From: a virus
UHGV virus genome: UHGV-0017034
Direction: 5' to 3' (one strand)
Length of the DNA stretch: 20,747 nt
The translations under genes were made by a program, and so were the position numbers. Shown here piece by piece: positions 6,937 to 16,471 of this stretch. Each line of letters starts with the position of its first letter. Position 1 is the first letter of the stretch. The notes under the pieces are model-generated. The model had not been told where the DNA came from. It saw only the letters and a list, made by a program, of their open reading frames with translations, and made no database searches.

Positions 6937-8943
6937 TCATTCAGCGGAGATGTGAAGAACTTTCAGAGCTTCCGGCTGGGTTACAACGTAATCCAGATCT
7001 ACCCAGATACGCGGAACGATAGCAGACTGTGCGCGGTAGGTAGTGTCATCAATGTCAAGTTCCAGACCACCCCATTCACCGATGGTAATAGCGTCGAACG
7101 ATCCCAGAACGATGTGGTCTACCGGAATAACACCAGAAGTAACTACGTCGTAACCAGCCAGTTTACCGTTTTCGATGATATAACCGGAAACACCGTTATC
7201 TTTCAGGGTAGATTCCAGTTCAGCAGCAGTTGCACCGCTCATTGCAAACTTGATCGCCTGAGCAGGAACGCCAGCGTCGGTCAGTTTAGCAATTTCTTTC
7301 AGGAAGTCTTTATAAGAGAAAGCAGCTTTCTTCTCTACGCGACCAGCATCTACCAGTTGTTTAATCACACCAGCCGGACCACGAGCATTTTCTTTATCAG
7401 ACAGAATCAGTTGTTCCAGTTTGATGCGAACAGCCTGGTTAATGTGATCAGTGATCAGAGTAGCGATGCCGGGTACGGTTTTTAGGCTCGCTCTGCTGAG
7501 CGGATTCCCACCAGCAAACGTCTTAGGAGACAGTTTCACGTTTGCAAATTCAGCTTTACCTTCCGGCGCAGCACCGTTTTCATCAACGAAGCCGAAAGAT
7601 TCAACGCTGGAAGCGGTCATTTTAGGAATAGCGGTCGGCGAAGTCAGACCAGACAGGACTTTCACACCAAGACGACCCAGAACGGATTCCGGCAACAGCA
7701 TCGCTACATAGGAATCATTCAGCAGTTTTTCGTCGGTTACAGCGGTCAGAGTAGCTTTGGTGTTACCATCAGCAGCAGCACGCATAGCAGCAGTCGGAAC
7801 GAATACAGAGCCACCGCGAGCAGCACGACCACGCTGCATAGTTGCAGTAGCAGCCATTGCAGAAAACTCGGCTTCGTGAGCACCCAGAGCTTCACCATCT
7901 ACCAGAGAGCGAATTACGTTGTTCAGGTCAAAAGTTTTTTCCATTTTAGAGTCCTTAATTTGTTGTTCGTTATTACGTTGAGCATTGACGAGATTATTTA
8001 GTGCCTTAGTGCGGAATGCTTCCGGCGTCATATCTTTAACTGCCAATGCGCGTTCTAATTCTTCGTCGTTAATATTTAGCTCGCGTGCAATTTCGCGAAT
8101 TTCTAATTCGTCTTCTTCGGAACGTTCAGCCACTTCCTCGATTTTTTCTTCTTCATCCGGAGCGGCTTCACGTTCTTCTTTTACTTCTTCTGCTTCCCGA
8201 ACAGTTGAACTATCATCATCAACACTTTCAGGATGTTCAGCGTCTTTTCCGTCTTCGAGATTTTCATCTTCTTTATTCTCTTCAACTTGGCGCTCTTGAG
8301 TTTCTTCAACTTCCGATTCTTTATTTTCTTCTACCGGAGCTTCTTCAACCGGAGCGGATTCTTGTTCTTCTTTGATTTCTTCGATTTGTTCTTTAGTCAT
8401 ATCGCGTTTAGCCTCCAAATTAACTGTGATAGTATTTAGAGAGCGATTTAAACCGACCGAATCGTCCGCCGGGACCGTCACAAATGAAATTTCGTGCGGA
8501 ATCCATTTAGAAACAATGAGTTGCGATTTAGCGTAATCGATGTGATATTCTTTAATGTCATAGCCGACAGAAATTTTTTCCATCGTACCTTCAATAACTT
8601 TATTACGAATATCATTAGCCAAAGTGCCATGTTTAGAGAATTTAACCAGAGCACGGCCTACGTTATCCGCATCGATTCGAGCGTCGCAGACTACACCTAA
8701 ATGATTATCGAAAATATGATTGAACAGCAACGGAGCGTTATTATTCAGACGAGACAGATCAACCGCTTCCGGTGTATGTACCAGAATTTCATCTAATACC
8801 ACCATTTCTTGATTTTGCTCATCCCAAAATTGGCGCTGATAAGGCTGTGTACTTGAGAAAGCAATTTCAAATTCGTATTGATCGTTATGCCCTTCGTTAA
8901 TAACTCCACCGTAACCGTTAAGATCGCGGCGAAATTTAAGCAT
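6937..8943 (-). CDS. Prohead protease - scaffold (delta domain) - HK97-fold major capsid protein encoded as one 668-aa ORF
   Basis: N-terminus has HK97-type protease motifs (PLLFNHIFDNHLG with His, KISVGYDI with Ser, HEISFVTVPADD); residues ~180-330 are an acidic coiled-coil linker; C-terminal ~340 aa has major-capsid character; AAGGTGA RBS. Confidence 0.85.
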   Translation of the reverse strand: MLKFRRDLNGYGGVINEGHNDQYEFEIAFSSTQPYQRQFWDEQNQEMVVLDEILVHTPEAVDLSRLNNNAPLLFNHIFDNHLGVVCDARIDADNVGRALVKFSKHGTLANDIRNKVIEGTMEKISVGYDIKEYHIDYAKSQLIVSKWIPHEISFVTVPADDSVGLNRSLNTITVNLEAKRDMTKEQIEEIKEEQESAPVEEAPVEENKESEVEETQERQVEENKEDENLEDGKDAEHPESVDDDSSTVREAEEVKEEREAAPDEEEKIEEVAERSEEDELEIREIARELNINDEELERALAVKDMTPEAFRTKALNNLVNAQRNNEQQIKDSKMEKTFDLNNVIRSLVDGEALGAHEAEFSAMAATATMQRGRAARGGSVFVPTAAMRAAADGNTKATLTAVTDEKLLNDSYVAMLLPESVLGRLGVKVLSGLTSPTAIPKMTASSVESFGFVDENGAAPEGKAEFANVKLSPKTFAGGNPLSRASLKTVPGIATLITDHINQAVRIKLEQLILSDKENARGPAGVIKQLVDAGRVEKKAAFSYKDFLKEIAKLTDAGVPAQAIKFAMSGATAAELESTLKDNGVSGYIIENGKLAGYDVVTSGVIPVDHIVLGSFDAITIGEWGGLELDIDDTTYRAQSAIVPRIWVDLDYVVTQPEALKVLHISAE

Positions 8944-8963
8944 TTAATCACCTTTAATTAATT

Positions 8964-8980
8964 GGGGGCATTGCGCCCCC
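8964..8980 (-). promoter_or_regulatory. GC hairpin between portal and capsid genes
   Basis: GGGGGC-N5-GCCCCC (6-bp GC stem), no U-tract, immediately upstream of the capsid RBS. Confidence 0.35.
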
Positions 8981-8988
8981 GTTGGTTA

Positions 8989-10500
8989 TTAGGGATCGGC
9001 TGGGGAATTTTTTTCTTCACCCTCGCCATCAACGATAATATTTAGTGCGCTCTTTTCGGCTTGAATCTCTGAGAATACTTTTTCAGGATCATCACCACGT
9101 TCAAGAATAACGGCAGTACGTGATTTAAGTCCTTTATCAATTAAAGCAATCTCGGCGCTTACGTCTTTAAATGGATCGACGGATTCAAAACGCGGACGAA
9201 TAATAGTTGTATTATCGATAATATGTGGAATTGCAGTAATACGAATCGGAACAATACCACGCGCGGAATAATGGCGTAGATATGCTTCGAAAATTGGCAA
9301 TACCACGGTTTCAATCAATTTGTTTTGCAGTGCTTTAACGCGCGTTCTTTGAAGTAATTCGCCGTAGCGTGCGGCGCTGTAATTTATTTGGCTAGTATCG
9401 CCAGTTAAGCCCTGATTGAACACGCCAAGACCCATCGCTATACTCGTGAACATACCAGCGTTAAAGGAATTGAAATCATCGCCGCTTTGCGTGGATTGAA
9501 TACTCTTGATCGTTGCCCCTTCCGGTAATTCCTGAATAGTACCTGGCGCGAAATCGTGAATAACTTCCGGCGCTTGATATTGTTCATCATCTTCACCAGT
9601 ATCAAAATCGTCACCAGAATCTTTCGGACGCTCGATGAACGCCATGCTACTAGCTGAAATTCGTTTCTGGACCAATACAGCTTCGCGGAATGCGTCTTGA
9701 TGTGCGATATCCTTAATCACTGGCAGGAAGTCAGTCACACCACGCAGAGATTCAGCCGCAAGTGGTTGATAATAATGACATACTTGCGAAGCATCTACGC
9801 GATAGTTATCACCTGTGTAAGTCTGAGTCAGTAGGTTGATTTTACGAAACCAGTATGCTACGGGCTTCATCGTCTCTACGTCATACTCCACACCTTGATA
9901 TATCGCACGGTCTTTGCTTACTTCACGGTTTAGCGACCAGTCGCATTTATCAGCAGACAGGATAGAAACATTTAACTCATTGTTTTCTTTGGTTAAAACG
10001 ATGAAGCACTCACCACCCATAACGCGCTCACGTTCAGCCATTACCAGCAGTTCACGGAAGTTAAAGCGACCGTTACGAGAGAAGCGTTTAGCATTCTGCG
10101 CCCACTTCCAGAAAGCATTCTCGATCTGCTTATTCAGTGCGCTATCAAGTTTGCCATTTGATTTAACGATTGATGGCTTCGGATCTAGGCCAGTACCAAC
10201 CACCATATCGGTGATGTATTGCGTGTAGCGACTGCCTACGGAAGTGTTTAAGGCCAGAGTACGACCCTGATCATAAAGGCGCTTACCGTTCGATTTGAGA
10301 GCCTTATTGAAGGTTCCTGTAATGGTGTCTTGTTGAAGTGATCCATCAATGCGATCACCAACCAGACCTAAACTACGTTTAGATAGGTCTTTCTGGAATT
10401 TTTCTACTTGCTTATCGATGAAAATTTTTGGTTGTTGCTGGCGGTGATTAGTTTTAACTGGAGTTTCTACCGCCTTTTTGCGTCGAAAAAGATTAAACAT
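8989..10500 (-). CDS. Portal protein (503 aa)
   Basis: Size, position between terminase and protease/capsid, acidic C-terminal tail; AAGGGG RBS overlapping the stop of the upstream gene. Confidence 0.75.
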   Translation of the reverse strand: MFNLFRRKKAVETPVKTNHRQQQPKIFIDKQVEKFQKDLSKRSLGLVGDRIDGSLQQDTITGTFNKALKSNGKRLYDQGRTLALNTSVGSRYTQYITDMVVGTGLDPKPSIVKSNGKLDSALNKQIENAFWKWAQNAKRFSRNGRFNFRELLVMAERERVMGGECFIVLTKENNELNVSILSADKCDWSLNREVSKDRAIYQGVEYDVETMKPVAYWFRKINLLTQTYTGDNYRVDASQVCHYYQPLAAESLRGVTDFLPVIKDIAHQDAFREAVLVQKRISASSMAFIERPKDSGDDFDTGEDDEQYQAPEVIHDFAPGTIQELPEGATIKSIQSTQSGDDFNSFNAGMFTSIAMGLGVFNQGLTGDTSQINYSAARYGELLQRTRVKALQNKLIETVVLPIFEAYLRHYSARGIVPIRITAIPHIIDNTTIIRPRFESVDPFKDVSAEIALIDKGLKSRTAVILERGDDPEKVFSEIQAEKSALNIIVDGEGEEKNSPADP

Positions 10501-10510
10501 GATTTACCCC

Positions 10511-11005
10511 TTATCGCGTAAGACGTAATTTGATATTTTTAATCGGGCTAATTCCCTGTTTACGTCGTTCGGCTTGAATTAATTTTGATAACTGACGTTC
10601 ATAATCAACTTTTAGAGTCTGGAGAACACCCAATGACTCATAAACGAAAGTATTCCCTTTCACTGTCATTTGAGATAATGCGGCTTCGTCCCCAGATAAA
10701 CGGGCGAAAATAACTTGTTCCAAAATGGCGATAGTTTCCCGCAGATATTCTTTTTTGGATTGTTTGGCGAATACTGGCAAAACAGTTAATTCCTGCATTG
10801 ATACCAGTTCTTCTTCAAAAGTTATTACGATGGTATATTTACCTTCGGCAAAATCTAAGGTTTTAATCTCATGATTAGCCGGAGTATCATCAACCTGATA
10901 AATGATACCTTTACTATTTCCTACCTGAATTGTTACACCCTCTTCATTCGCCAGCGTGATTTTTTCACCTTTACGAATTACTAAGGGAATTAGTTCTAAA
11001 CTCAT
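10511..11005 (-). CDS. Hypothetical protein (164 aa) with a gpW-like (head-tail joining) C-terminal half
   Basis: ORF with AAGGGG RBS; sits between large terminase and portal, where lambda W lies; C-terminal LRETIAILEQ...GNTFVYESLGVLQTLKVDYERQL loosely matches the gpW helix-strand-strand-helix pattern. Confidence 0.4.
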   Translation of the reverse strand: MSLELIPLVIRKGEKITLANEEGVTIQVGNSKGIIYQVDDTPANHEIKTLDFAEGKYTIVITFEEELVSMQELTVLPVFAKQSKKEYLRETIAILEQVIFARLSGDEAALSQMTVKGNTFVYESLGVLQTLKVDYERQLSKLIQAERRKQGISPIKNIKLRLTR

Positions 11006-11053
11006 AATTACCCCTTATTTAATTGTTATTGGATTAACAATATTTAGGAGTAA

Positions 11054-11072
11054 GCCGCCCCGAAGGACGGCG
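11054..11072 (-). promoter_or_regulatory. UUCG-tetraloop hairpin downstream of the large terminase gene (attenuator or RNA-stability element)
   Basis: Minus-strand RNA CGCCGUCC-UUCG-GGGCGGC; no clean U-tract. Confidence 0.35.
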
Positions 11073-11077
11073 AGTTA

Positions 11078-12982
11078 TTAGAACGATGTTATCCAGCTAC
11101 GGCCTCTATTTGGACGTCTGACGATGTTTTGACGTTGTGGTCGTGTGATTGGCTTAGTTTCTTCTATTTGCTCGTTAGATTGCGATTTAGGAGCTTTTAC
11201 GGGTTCTTCGACAACACGGTTTAAGCTGTCTTTCATTGCAATGAGTTTATCCCATGACATTTTTGAAAGAACGTAGCGAGAAGCCGCTGTAGCATACACT
11301 GCGCAGTCGAGCGCCTCGTTCCTAACGCCTGGGTTCTTTACCCATCTCACGCCAGTAGTAGTACGCTTGACAGATTCACTTAAAAGCTGATCGAGATAAT
11401 CATCAGGAACGGTTCCTGATATTTCTAAGCTAATGTGAGGATTGTCTTTCAGGTTTCTAACCAACATTTCACGAAATGCAGTTTTACCCACGTTAACACC
11501 CAACATAAGCAATTCATGACCACCTGTGCGGGTAGGTTTAACCGGAATGATCGGAGCGTTACCAGCAGAACTACCTTTGATAGCGTGTAAGTTCTTCCAC
11601 TTGCCGCAAATACGGTATCCAGCTTGAGTGAATCGACCGTTCGATGTATCAAGGAAGCTGGCGAGCATAGGAACACGATCACCCGATACAGTAGTAAATT
11701 TGGTTTTATGGAAGTTGATTAATCTATCCCATACAGGGGATTCATATCGTTCACAGTTATGATCGTAAAAGCTGCGATGATCCAGAATATAAATCTTATC
11801 CTTTGCCACGCCCATGATTGTAGTTTCTGCGCGATCTAATTGCTGGTCAGTACCCGCACACAAGAAAATCACGTCATCAGGGATATTCTCGATAGAAACA
11901 TCTGTTTTTAGTTGTTCCAGTTCATTTGCTTCTACTGCCGTGTCCTGATCGTCGTATACCTTGCCTAACACGGTGTTATAAAATGATTGTAAATCAAAGG
12001 ATTGCCACGCATGACTAAAATCAACCACACAAGCGCGGATCGTGCTGAAAGGTGAATACAGACGGCTGATCCAGAATCCTGCTACCTCACTTTCACGGGT
12101 TGCTCTCCACTCTCCTTGTGCCACCGCCCTGATCCGCTCTCCTTCTGTCCATGCGTTCTTACAGTGGGGGCAAATATAACGAGCGGTATCAGGATCGGGT
12201 AAGTTCTTACCATCAATGTTACGCCATTCAAACTGTACGTTTTCCCACTCGATCACCTGGTGTCTACCGCAATGAGGACACGGAACAAAAAACATACGCA
12301 TATCGCTTGATAACCATTGCTGGTTAATGCTTCCGAGCTTACTGGTCGGGGTACTGGATACGACTAATCGGCCTTCATCGCCAAAGGTAGTTAAACGGTT
12401 AGCAGCCAGTGCCACCGGATCACCTTCTTCTGAGGCTGTAGCAGCATCGATTTCGTCAAGCAGTCCGACCTTTGCTGTCTTACCGCGTAGGGTTGATGGA
12501 CTAGTAAGCGATACCATATAAAGGAAGTGGTTTGATTTGAGCTGGAGCTGATTGTTGTTATTAACAGAATTGCGATCATTCTTGTCTGTAACCACGTCTT
12601 TTAATGCATCACATGCTTCGATAGACGGTCGGATCTTACCCGCGAGATATTGAGACATTTCTTTAGCGGTTGATTGTCCGATAATCATATTGCATGGATC
12701 GTTAGCCATCTGGTTAAATAGGATGCCGTTCAAGATGGTAGTCTTTCCGATCTGCGCACTGGTCATCAGAACATACTTTTTCTTGTTCTCAAGGAAAGGA
12801 GCATCAATCATACCTTTCTGGAATGACAGCAATTTAACTTTATCCCCAGCTTGAGGACCATCTACCAGCACCATATTCGCTTCGCACCATTCAGAAGGAA
12901 GGAGCTTAGGCGGTGGCGTAATATATTTGGCTGCATTTTTGAGAATCTTTTTTAATTTGGCCTTATTTGAAATCAGTTTCAT
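11078..12982 (-). CDS. terL: Terminase large subunit, lambda GpA family (634 aa)
   Basis: Walker A-like [10 protein letters not shown]; motifs matching lambda gpA as recalled ([11 protein letters not shown] vs LTAGIDSQLDR; [11 protein letters not shown] vs RRNEALDCFVYA; CPHCG...YICPHC zinc-finger-like pairs); GAGGGT RBS. Confidence 0.9.
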   Translation of the reverse strand: MKLISNKAKLKKILKNAAKYITPPPKLLPSEWCEANMVLVDGPQAGDKVKLLSFQKGMIDAPFLENKKKYVLMTSAQIGKTTILNGILFNQMANDPCNMIIGQSTAKEMSQYLAGKIRPSIEACDALKDVVTDKNDRNSVNNNNQLQLKSNHFLYMVSLTSPSTLRGKTAKVGLLDEIDAATASEEGDPVALAANRLTTFGDEGRLVVSSTPTSKLGSINQQWLSSDMRMFFVPCPHCGRHQVIEWENVQFEWRNIDGKNLPDPDTARYICPHCKNAWTEGERIRAVAQGEWRATRESEVAGFWISRLYSPFSTIRACVVDFSHAWQSFDLQSFYNTVLGKVYDDQDTAVEANELEQLKTDVSIENIPDDVIFLCAGTDQQLDRAETTIMGVAKDKIYILDHRSFYDHNCERYESPVWDRLINFHKTKFTTVSGDRVPMLASFLDTSNGRFTQAGYRICGKWKNLHAIKGSSAGNAPIIPVKPTRTGGHELLMLGVNVGKTAFREMLVRNLKDNPHISLEISGTVPDDYLDQLLSESVKRTTTGVRWVKNPGVRNEALDCAVYATAASRYVLSKMSWDKLIAMKDSLNRVVEEPVKAPKSQSNEQIEETKPITRPQRQNIVRRPNRGRSWITSF

Positions 12983-13067
12983 GTAATTACCCTCATTACG
13001 AAATATGAAGGTATTTATTAAATTGTTGATATTTTGATAAATACGGGTATTAATTAAAGGGGGTTGT

Positions 13068-13670
13068 ATGCTAATTAATCAGCAACAAAGAGATGAATTA
13101 GAATTAGCCTTGTCTTGTACCGATCATGAATATCGTTTACCAGTTAAGCATAAGCATTTAAAAACCGACTACACTACATCTGGCTTTAGTCGTGAGGAAG
13201 CGAAAGAGATTTTAATAGAATTTTACCGCGATAATGGTTATACAGACGTTCACAACTTCTTTAAGAAGCATAGAACATCACATACAGAGTTTCGGAGAGT
13301 CCGAGATTGGTTTGATTTTGATATCAAGCGTTATTATCGAGTGGATGACGGTCCTATCTATCGGTTGCAGTGGAAGCCGATCCGAGAAGTGTTGAAACAG
13401 AAGAGATTGAATCACGCAATTACACGCTATCGTAACGAGGCTTTCAAGAAAGGCTATGGTGATACAAGGGAACTATTCGTTGAACTCGCTAACGTGCGTT
13501 ATAGCCACTATTACAACGATCCTAAAGGGTTCTTTGAAGTGCTTCGCAAGGTTGATATAAGTCGGGGTACATACTATTCACGGTTGAAGAAGTACGGGAT
13601 TAAGGCAGAGTTCTTTATGAGTATTGACGATGGAGAACTTTTTCCGATAAAATGTAAGTCCTCTAAATAA
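13068..13670 (+). CDS. Basic DNA-binding-like protein (200 aa) with a C-terminal HTH motif
   Basis: AAGGGGG RBS 4 nt upstream; C-terminal [16 protein letters not shown] resembles the HTH of the two small paralogs at 13705 and 17159; divergent from terL. Confidence 0.55.
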   Translation: MLINQQQRDELELALSCTDHEYRLPVKHKHLKTDYTTSGFSREEAKEILIEFYRDNGYTDVHNFFKKHRTSHTEFRRVRDWFDFDIKRYYRVDDGPIYRLQWKPIREVLKQKRLNHAITRYRNEAFKKGYGDTRELFVELANVRYSHYYNDPKGFFEVLRKVDISRGTYYSRLKKYGIKAEFFMSIDDGELFPIKCKSSK

Positions 13671-13704
13671 AGGTGAACATTCACTTTAATTTGGAGAAAT
13701 GACT

Positions 13705-13932
13705 ATGACTACTAAAGCTACTCGCGGTCGTCCTGCCCGTTTTAACGCTGAACAGATGGCTGATATTGCCTACGCTTACTATACAGCGGATCGTGGTAAG
13801 GAAGCGAAAGAACAGATTCTTAGTGAACATGGGATCTCAATCGCCCAATTCTATAAGAATATGAAGAAGTTAGACATTAAATTCTATGTTCAGATCGGTG
13901 ATGGTCAGATCGTAGAAGCAACAGGTTTTTGA
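13705..13932 (+). CDS. Small HTH protein (75 aa), paralog of the 17159-17338 product
   Basis: N-terminal ATRGRPARF; HGISIAQFYKNMKKLDIK HTH-like motif; GGAG RBS is correctly spaced for the ATG at 13705 rather than 13699. Confidence 0.55.
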   Translation: MTTKATRGRPARFNAEQMADIAYAYYTADRGKEAKEQILSEHGISIAQFYKNMKKLDIKFYVQIGDGQIVEATGF

Positions 13933-13947
13933 GTTTTGATTCTCTTT

Positions 13948-13972
13948 GCCACTCTTCGGAGTGGCTTTTTTG
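13948..13972 (+). terminator. Rho-independent terminator (plus strand)
   Basis: GCCACUC-UUCG-GAGUGGC perfect 7-bp stem, UUCG loop, followed by U6. Confidence 0.75.
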
Positions 13973-14034
13973 TATCCGCACAAAACTGAGCACATCTCTA
14001 TGATCTATAGATGCCAGCAAAAATGCTGTTATCT

Positions 14035-14071
14035 ATAAAAACAAAAAGCCCAGCGCAATTATGCGCCGGGC
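14035..14071 (-). terminator. Rho-independent terminator (minus strand), convergent with the previous one
   Basis: Minus-strand RNA GCCCGGCGC-AUAAUU-GCGCUGGGC (9-bp stem with one G-U) followed by UUUUUGUUUUUAU. Confidence 0.7.
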
Positions 14072-14077
14072 GATTAA

Positions 14078-14893
14078 TTACAGTCCGAAGTGTTCCAGTG
14101 ATCCAACATTCTGGCGGAGACGTTCAGCCGCTTTATTTTGAATCAGAATAGTGTTATTTGGCTGCGGCAGTTTAAGAGTTGCTTTCTGTTCTTCTTCCAG
14201 AACACCCAATTCCACCAACACCGGAAGCACATCAACAGTAAAAGAAAGCTGATAGTGAGTGTTCATGCTGCAAAACGGTAAAGCGGAATCATTAGCAACA
14301 TACCCACACGGCTTGTTATTTTCATCATAGACGCGTTCAATGTAGCCAGCAGTACGTAAGGCCGTCAGTGCTTCTTTAACCTTCGTAGCGCCCTTTTTAG
14401 CGCCTAACAGACGGGTCATTGAATGGCTATCAACGGATTTGCGATAATGAAGTTCAATCAGTTGTTTGTTTTCGCGAGTTTTCTTTAACGCCAGTTCGAT
14501 CCAGTCGGTTTCTTCAAAGTCTGCATACGGGTTAACGGCTAAACGTTCCTGCCGCAGTTTTTCATTTTCTTCTTTCAGTCGTTTCCATTCCTGAATAACA
14601 ACCATTCGACGCTTAACATCGTAACCAGTGACAAGAGTCAGCGTCATTTCTTCGTCTAAGTGATATTCGGTTTGTTCACGTCCACACTGATCAAGATAGG
14701 TGCGCTCAAAACTGAGCACATCTAATTCCAGAGCATCGAGCATGGATTTAATATCACGTTTAACGTTTTTGTGTTCTTTTCCGGTAAATTCAGCGATCTG
14801 ACGAGAAGACATGGTCAGTGGTTTGGTGTTATCAACAACCAGAGACACGGAAGCAGTTTTAACAGCAGTATTCATAGCAGTAACAGTATTCAT
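14078..14893 (-). CDS. Rha-family phage regulatory protein (antirepressor-like), 271 aa
   Basis: N-terminal LTMSSRQIAEFTGKEHKNVKRDIKSMLDALELD...FERTYLDQCGREQTEYHLDEEMTLTLVTGYD matches the Rha domain pattern as recalled; AAGGGG RBS. Confidence 0.6.
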   Translation of the reverse strand: MNTVTAMNTAVKTASVSLVVDNTKPLTMSSRQIAEFTGKEHKNVKRDIKSMLDALELDVLSFERTYLDQCGREQTEYHLDEEMTLTLVTGYDVKRRMVVIQEWKRLKEENEKLRQERLAVNPYADFEETDWIELALKKTRENKQLIELHYRKSVDSHSMTRLLGAKKGATKVKEALTALRTAGYIERVYDENNKPCGYVANDSALPFCSMNTHYQLSFTVDVLPVLVELGVLEEEQKATLKLPQPNNTILIQNKAAERLRQNVGSLEHFGL

Positions 14894-14981
14894 AATTAAA
14901 TTCCCCTTAAACGGTTTAGTGATTTGGTCCTCCTAGTTCCGGCAGCATCACCGGAACATTTTTATTTATGATAGAAATTTA

Positions 14982-15314
14982 TTACCAATCGATTTCTACT
15001 TGGTCTTCTTCATAATAAGGAATCGCATATTCATAACGCCAATTTTCGATGATTTCACGTTCTTCATTAGTAAGAAGGTGATTGTTAACTGGAGTCGCAT
15101 TGTGATTACCAGCTTCGAATTGCTCGCGAACTTCCAGCATTGCATGAATACCAGTTAAGGTCATCAGATCAAACGGAACATGCATACTACGGGAGATAGT
15201 TTCACGGGATACGCCCCAATCATTTTCTACATGGCTAGGGGTTACAGAAACGGTTTTGCCGGAGATTTTAACAGTCCAGTCATACAGGGATTTAGTGATG
15301 GTAAATTCTTTCAT
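14982..15314 (-). CDS. Hypothetical protein (110 aa)
   Basis: ORF with AGAGGA RBS 7 nt upstream; no recognisable family. Confidence 0.6.
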   Translation of the reverse strand: MKEFTITKSLYDWTVKISGKTVSVTPSHVENDWGVSRETISRSMHVPFDLMTLTGIHAMLEVREQFEAGNHNATPVNNHLLTNEEREIIENWRYEYAIPYYEEDQVEIDW

Positions 15315-15370
15315 GTTACATCCTCTTTACAAATCTAGGTCAAATATAATAAAAGTTGTCAAGTGCGATA

Positions 15371-15399
15371 ATCATAAAAAAGTCATAAATTTTTGTCAA
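15371..15399 (-). promoter_or_regulatory. Sigma70-type promoter (minus strand) TTGACA-17-TATGAT
   Basis: -35 at 15394-15399 and -10 at 15371-15376 read on the minus strand; lies ~50 nt upstream of the 14982-15314 gene. Confidence 0.55.
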
Positions 15400-15412
15400 T
15401 ATACCTTGACAA
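15393..15412. promoter_or_regulatory. Operator-like inverted repeat TTGTCAA-N6-TTGACAA overlapping the -35
   Basis: Perfect 7-bp inverted repeat; the 9-mer GTCAAGTGC nearby (15358-15366) recurs at 16778-16786. Confidence 0.4.
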
Positions 15413-15434
15413 GACGCCAAAGGGTTGACCTAAC

Positions 15435-15893
15435 TTACAGCATATCTAAGCCTTCATCGTAACCGTAGAAGCCACCGTGAGAAGAGAAAGCGATTGGTGC
15501 GTAGTCTTCGTCTTCCTCATCTTCTTCATCTTGTTCTGGGGCTTCCTGAGCGGTTTCTTTGCCGTAATCAGCCATAATCTGGTCAAGATCGGCGATCCCA
15601 TAGTAAGAGCCTAAATCAACGTCATATTCACGGACTTGAAACGGCAGATCATCACGAACAATAATTGCTGGAATATCGTTGTATTGAAGACGACCTTCAT
15701 CAGTAAAACAGTCGATGATCACAGTAGGACGACCATTTCGTTTTAAAGCGTAGAAAGCAGTTGAGTAGTTGGAGTCTTCGGAATGACGAATGATGTTATA
15801 ACCACGATTAGCGAAAACTTCTAGCATATGGAAGTTGCCATAGTTTTCAGAGTCCAGACCCAGAAGTACGAAAGGAGTTTTAGTATTGATCAT
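15435..15893 (-). CDS. Hypothetical protein (152 aa) with a strongly acidic C-terminal tail
   Basis: ORF with GAGGA RBS; C-terminus EAPEQDEEDEEDEDYAPIAFSSHGGFYGYDEGLDML; no recognisable family. Confidence 0.6.
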   Translation of the reverse strand: MINTKTPFVLLGLDSENYGNFHMLEVFANRGYNIIRHSEDSNYSTAFYALKRNGRPTVIIDCFTDEGRLQYNDIPAIIVRDDLPFQVREYDVDLGSYYGIADLDQIMADYGKETAQEAPEQDEEDEEDEDYAPIAFSSHGGFYGYDEGLDML

Positions 15894-16085
15894 AGTGGAA
15901 ATCCTCTAAAAGAAAGTGAATCAAGTAAGTTCACTATTATTTATAACGAGAATTTTTTATCTATTTGGAAGTGATTGGATTCAGTCGGGCTAAAGCCCTC
16001 CTTCATATATTTGATTAAATCATCATCAAAACGAAGAAGTATCTTTAGAATATAAGAATCTTTCTTTTGGAGAAATTATAATCAG

Positions 16086-16350
16086 GAAGCAATTTAGCAA
16101 CCGAAGGTTGCAATCCCGAAGGGATACCAATACCTTTCTAGAAAGTGATTGTTACTCACTTCGTTCGTTTACTAGAATCAGTTAGTAACTAGTATTAAAT
16201 CCCTTTCTAAGAAAATCCTTTCAAAAGCGAGTGAACGCCGTAGGCGTGAACGTGAGCGAAGCGAACTATCCAATCCCTTTCGAATCCTGCTTGCAGGTCT
16301 TAGAAGGTGTTGATGGGCGCTTCGCGCACGGCTACGCCGTATTCTTTTTG
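16086..16350 (+). ncRNA. Candidate structured noncoding RNA (hairpin-dense, ORF-free, ends at a terminator)
   Basis: Hairpins GCAACC-GAA-GGTTGC (16097-16111), ATCCC-GAA-GGGAT (16113-16125), palindrome CTTTCTAGAAAG (16134-16145), AGTGA/TCACT, ACGCC-GTA-GGCGT, CCTGC-TT-GCAGG; stops in all frames; weak TATAAT at ~16074; 5' end uncertain. Confidence 0.3.
16317..16350 (+). terminator. Rho-independent terminator (plus strand) with tandem hairpins
   Basis: GCGC-UUC-GCGC then ACGGC-UAC-GCCGU followed by AUUCUUUUUG; no protein-coding gene upstream on this strand. Confidence 0.6.
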
Positions 16351-16471
16351 CGAGATCTTTCTTGAACGTAGTGAGAGAAAACGAGCAAAAAGGAGAACGT
16401 TAGTTCGAATTTTATATTCTATGGTCTGTGGGGTGAAATGTCTTTCAAGATCATACACTTATGAGATTGAA

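Noticed and set aside
6826-8700. Plus-strand ORFs antisense to the capsid gene (6826-7485, 7451-7711, 7985-8299, 8085-8375, 8233-8439, 8494-8700)
   Set aside because: Antisense to a well-supported gene; Ser/Leu/Phe-rich translations generated by the GAA/GAG-rich acidic linker on the coding strand
9914-12579. Short ORFs inside the portal and large terminase genes (9914-10228, 11449-11682, 12327-12521, 12391-12579)
   Set aside because: Nested in or antisense to strongly supported genes; no RBS
16279-16287. TTCGAATCC resembling a tRNA T-loop
   Set aside because: Flanking sequence cannot form a T-stem, acceptor stem or anticodon arm; no cloverleaf is possible
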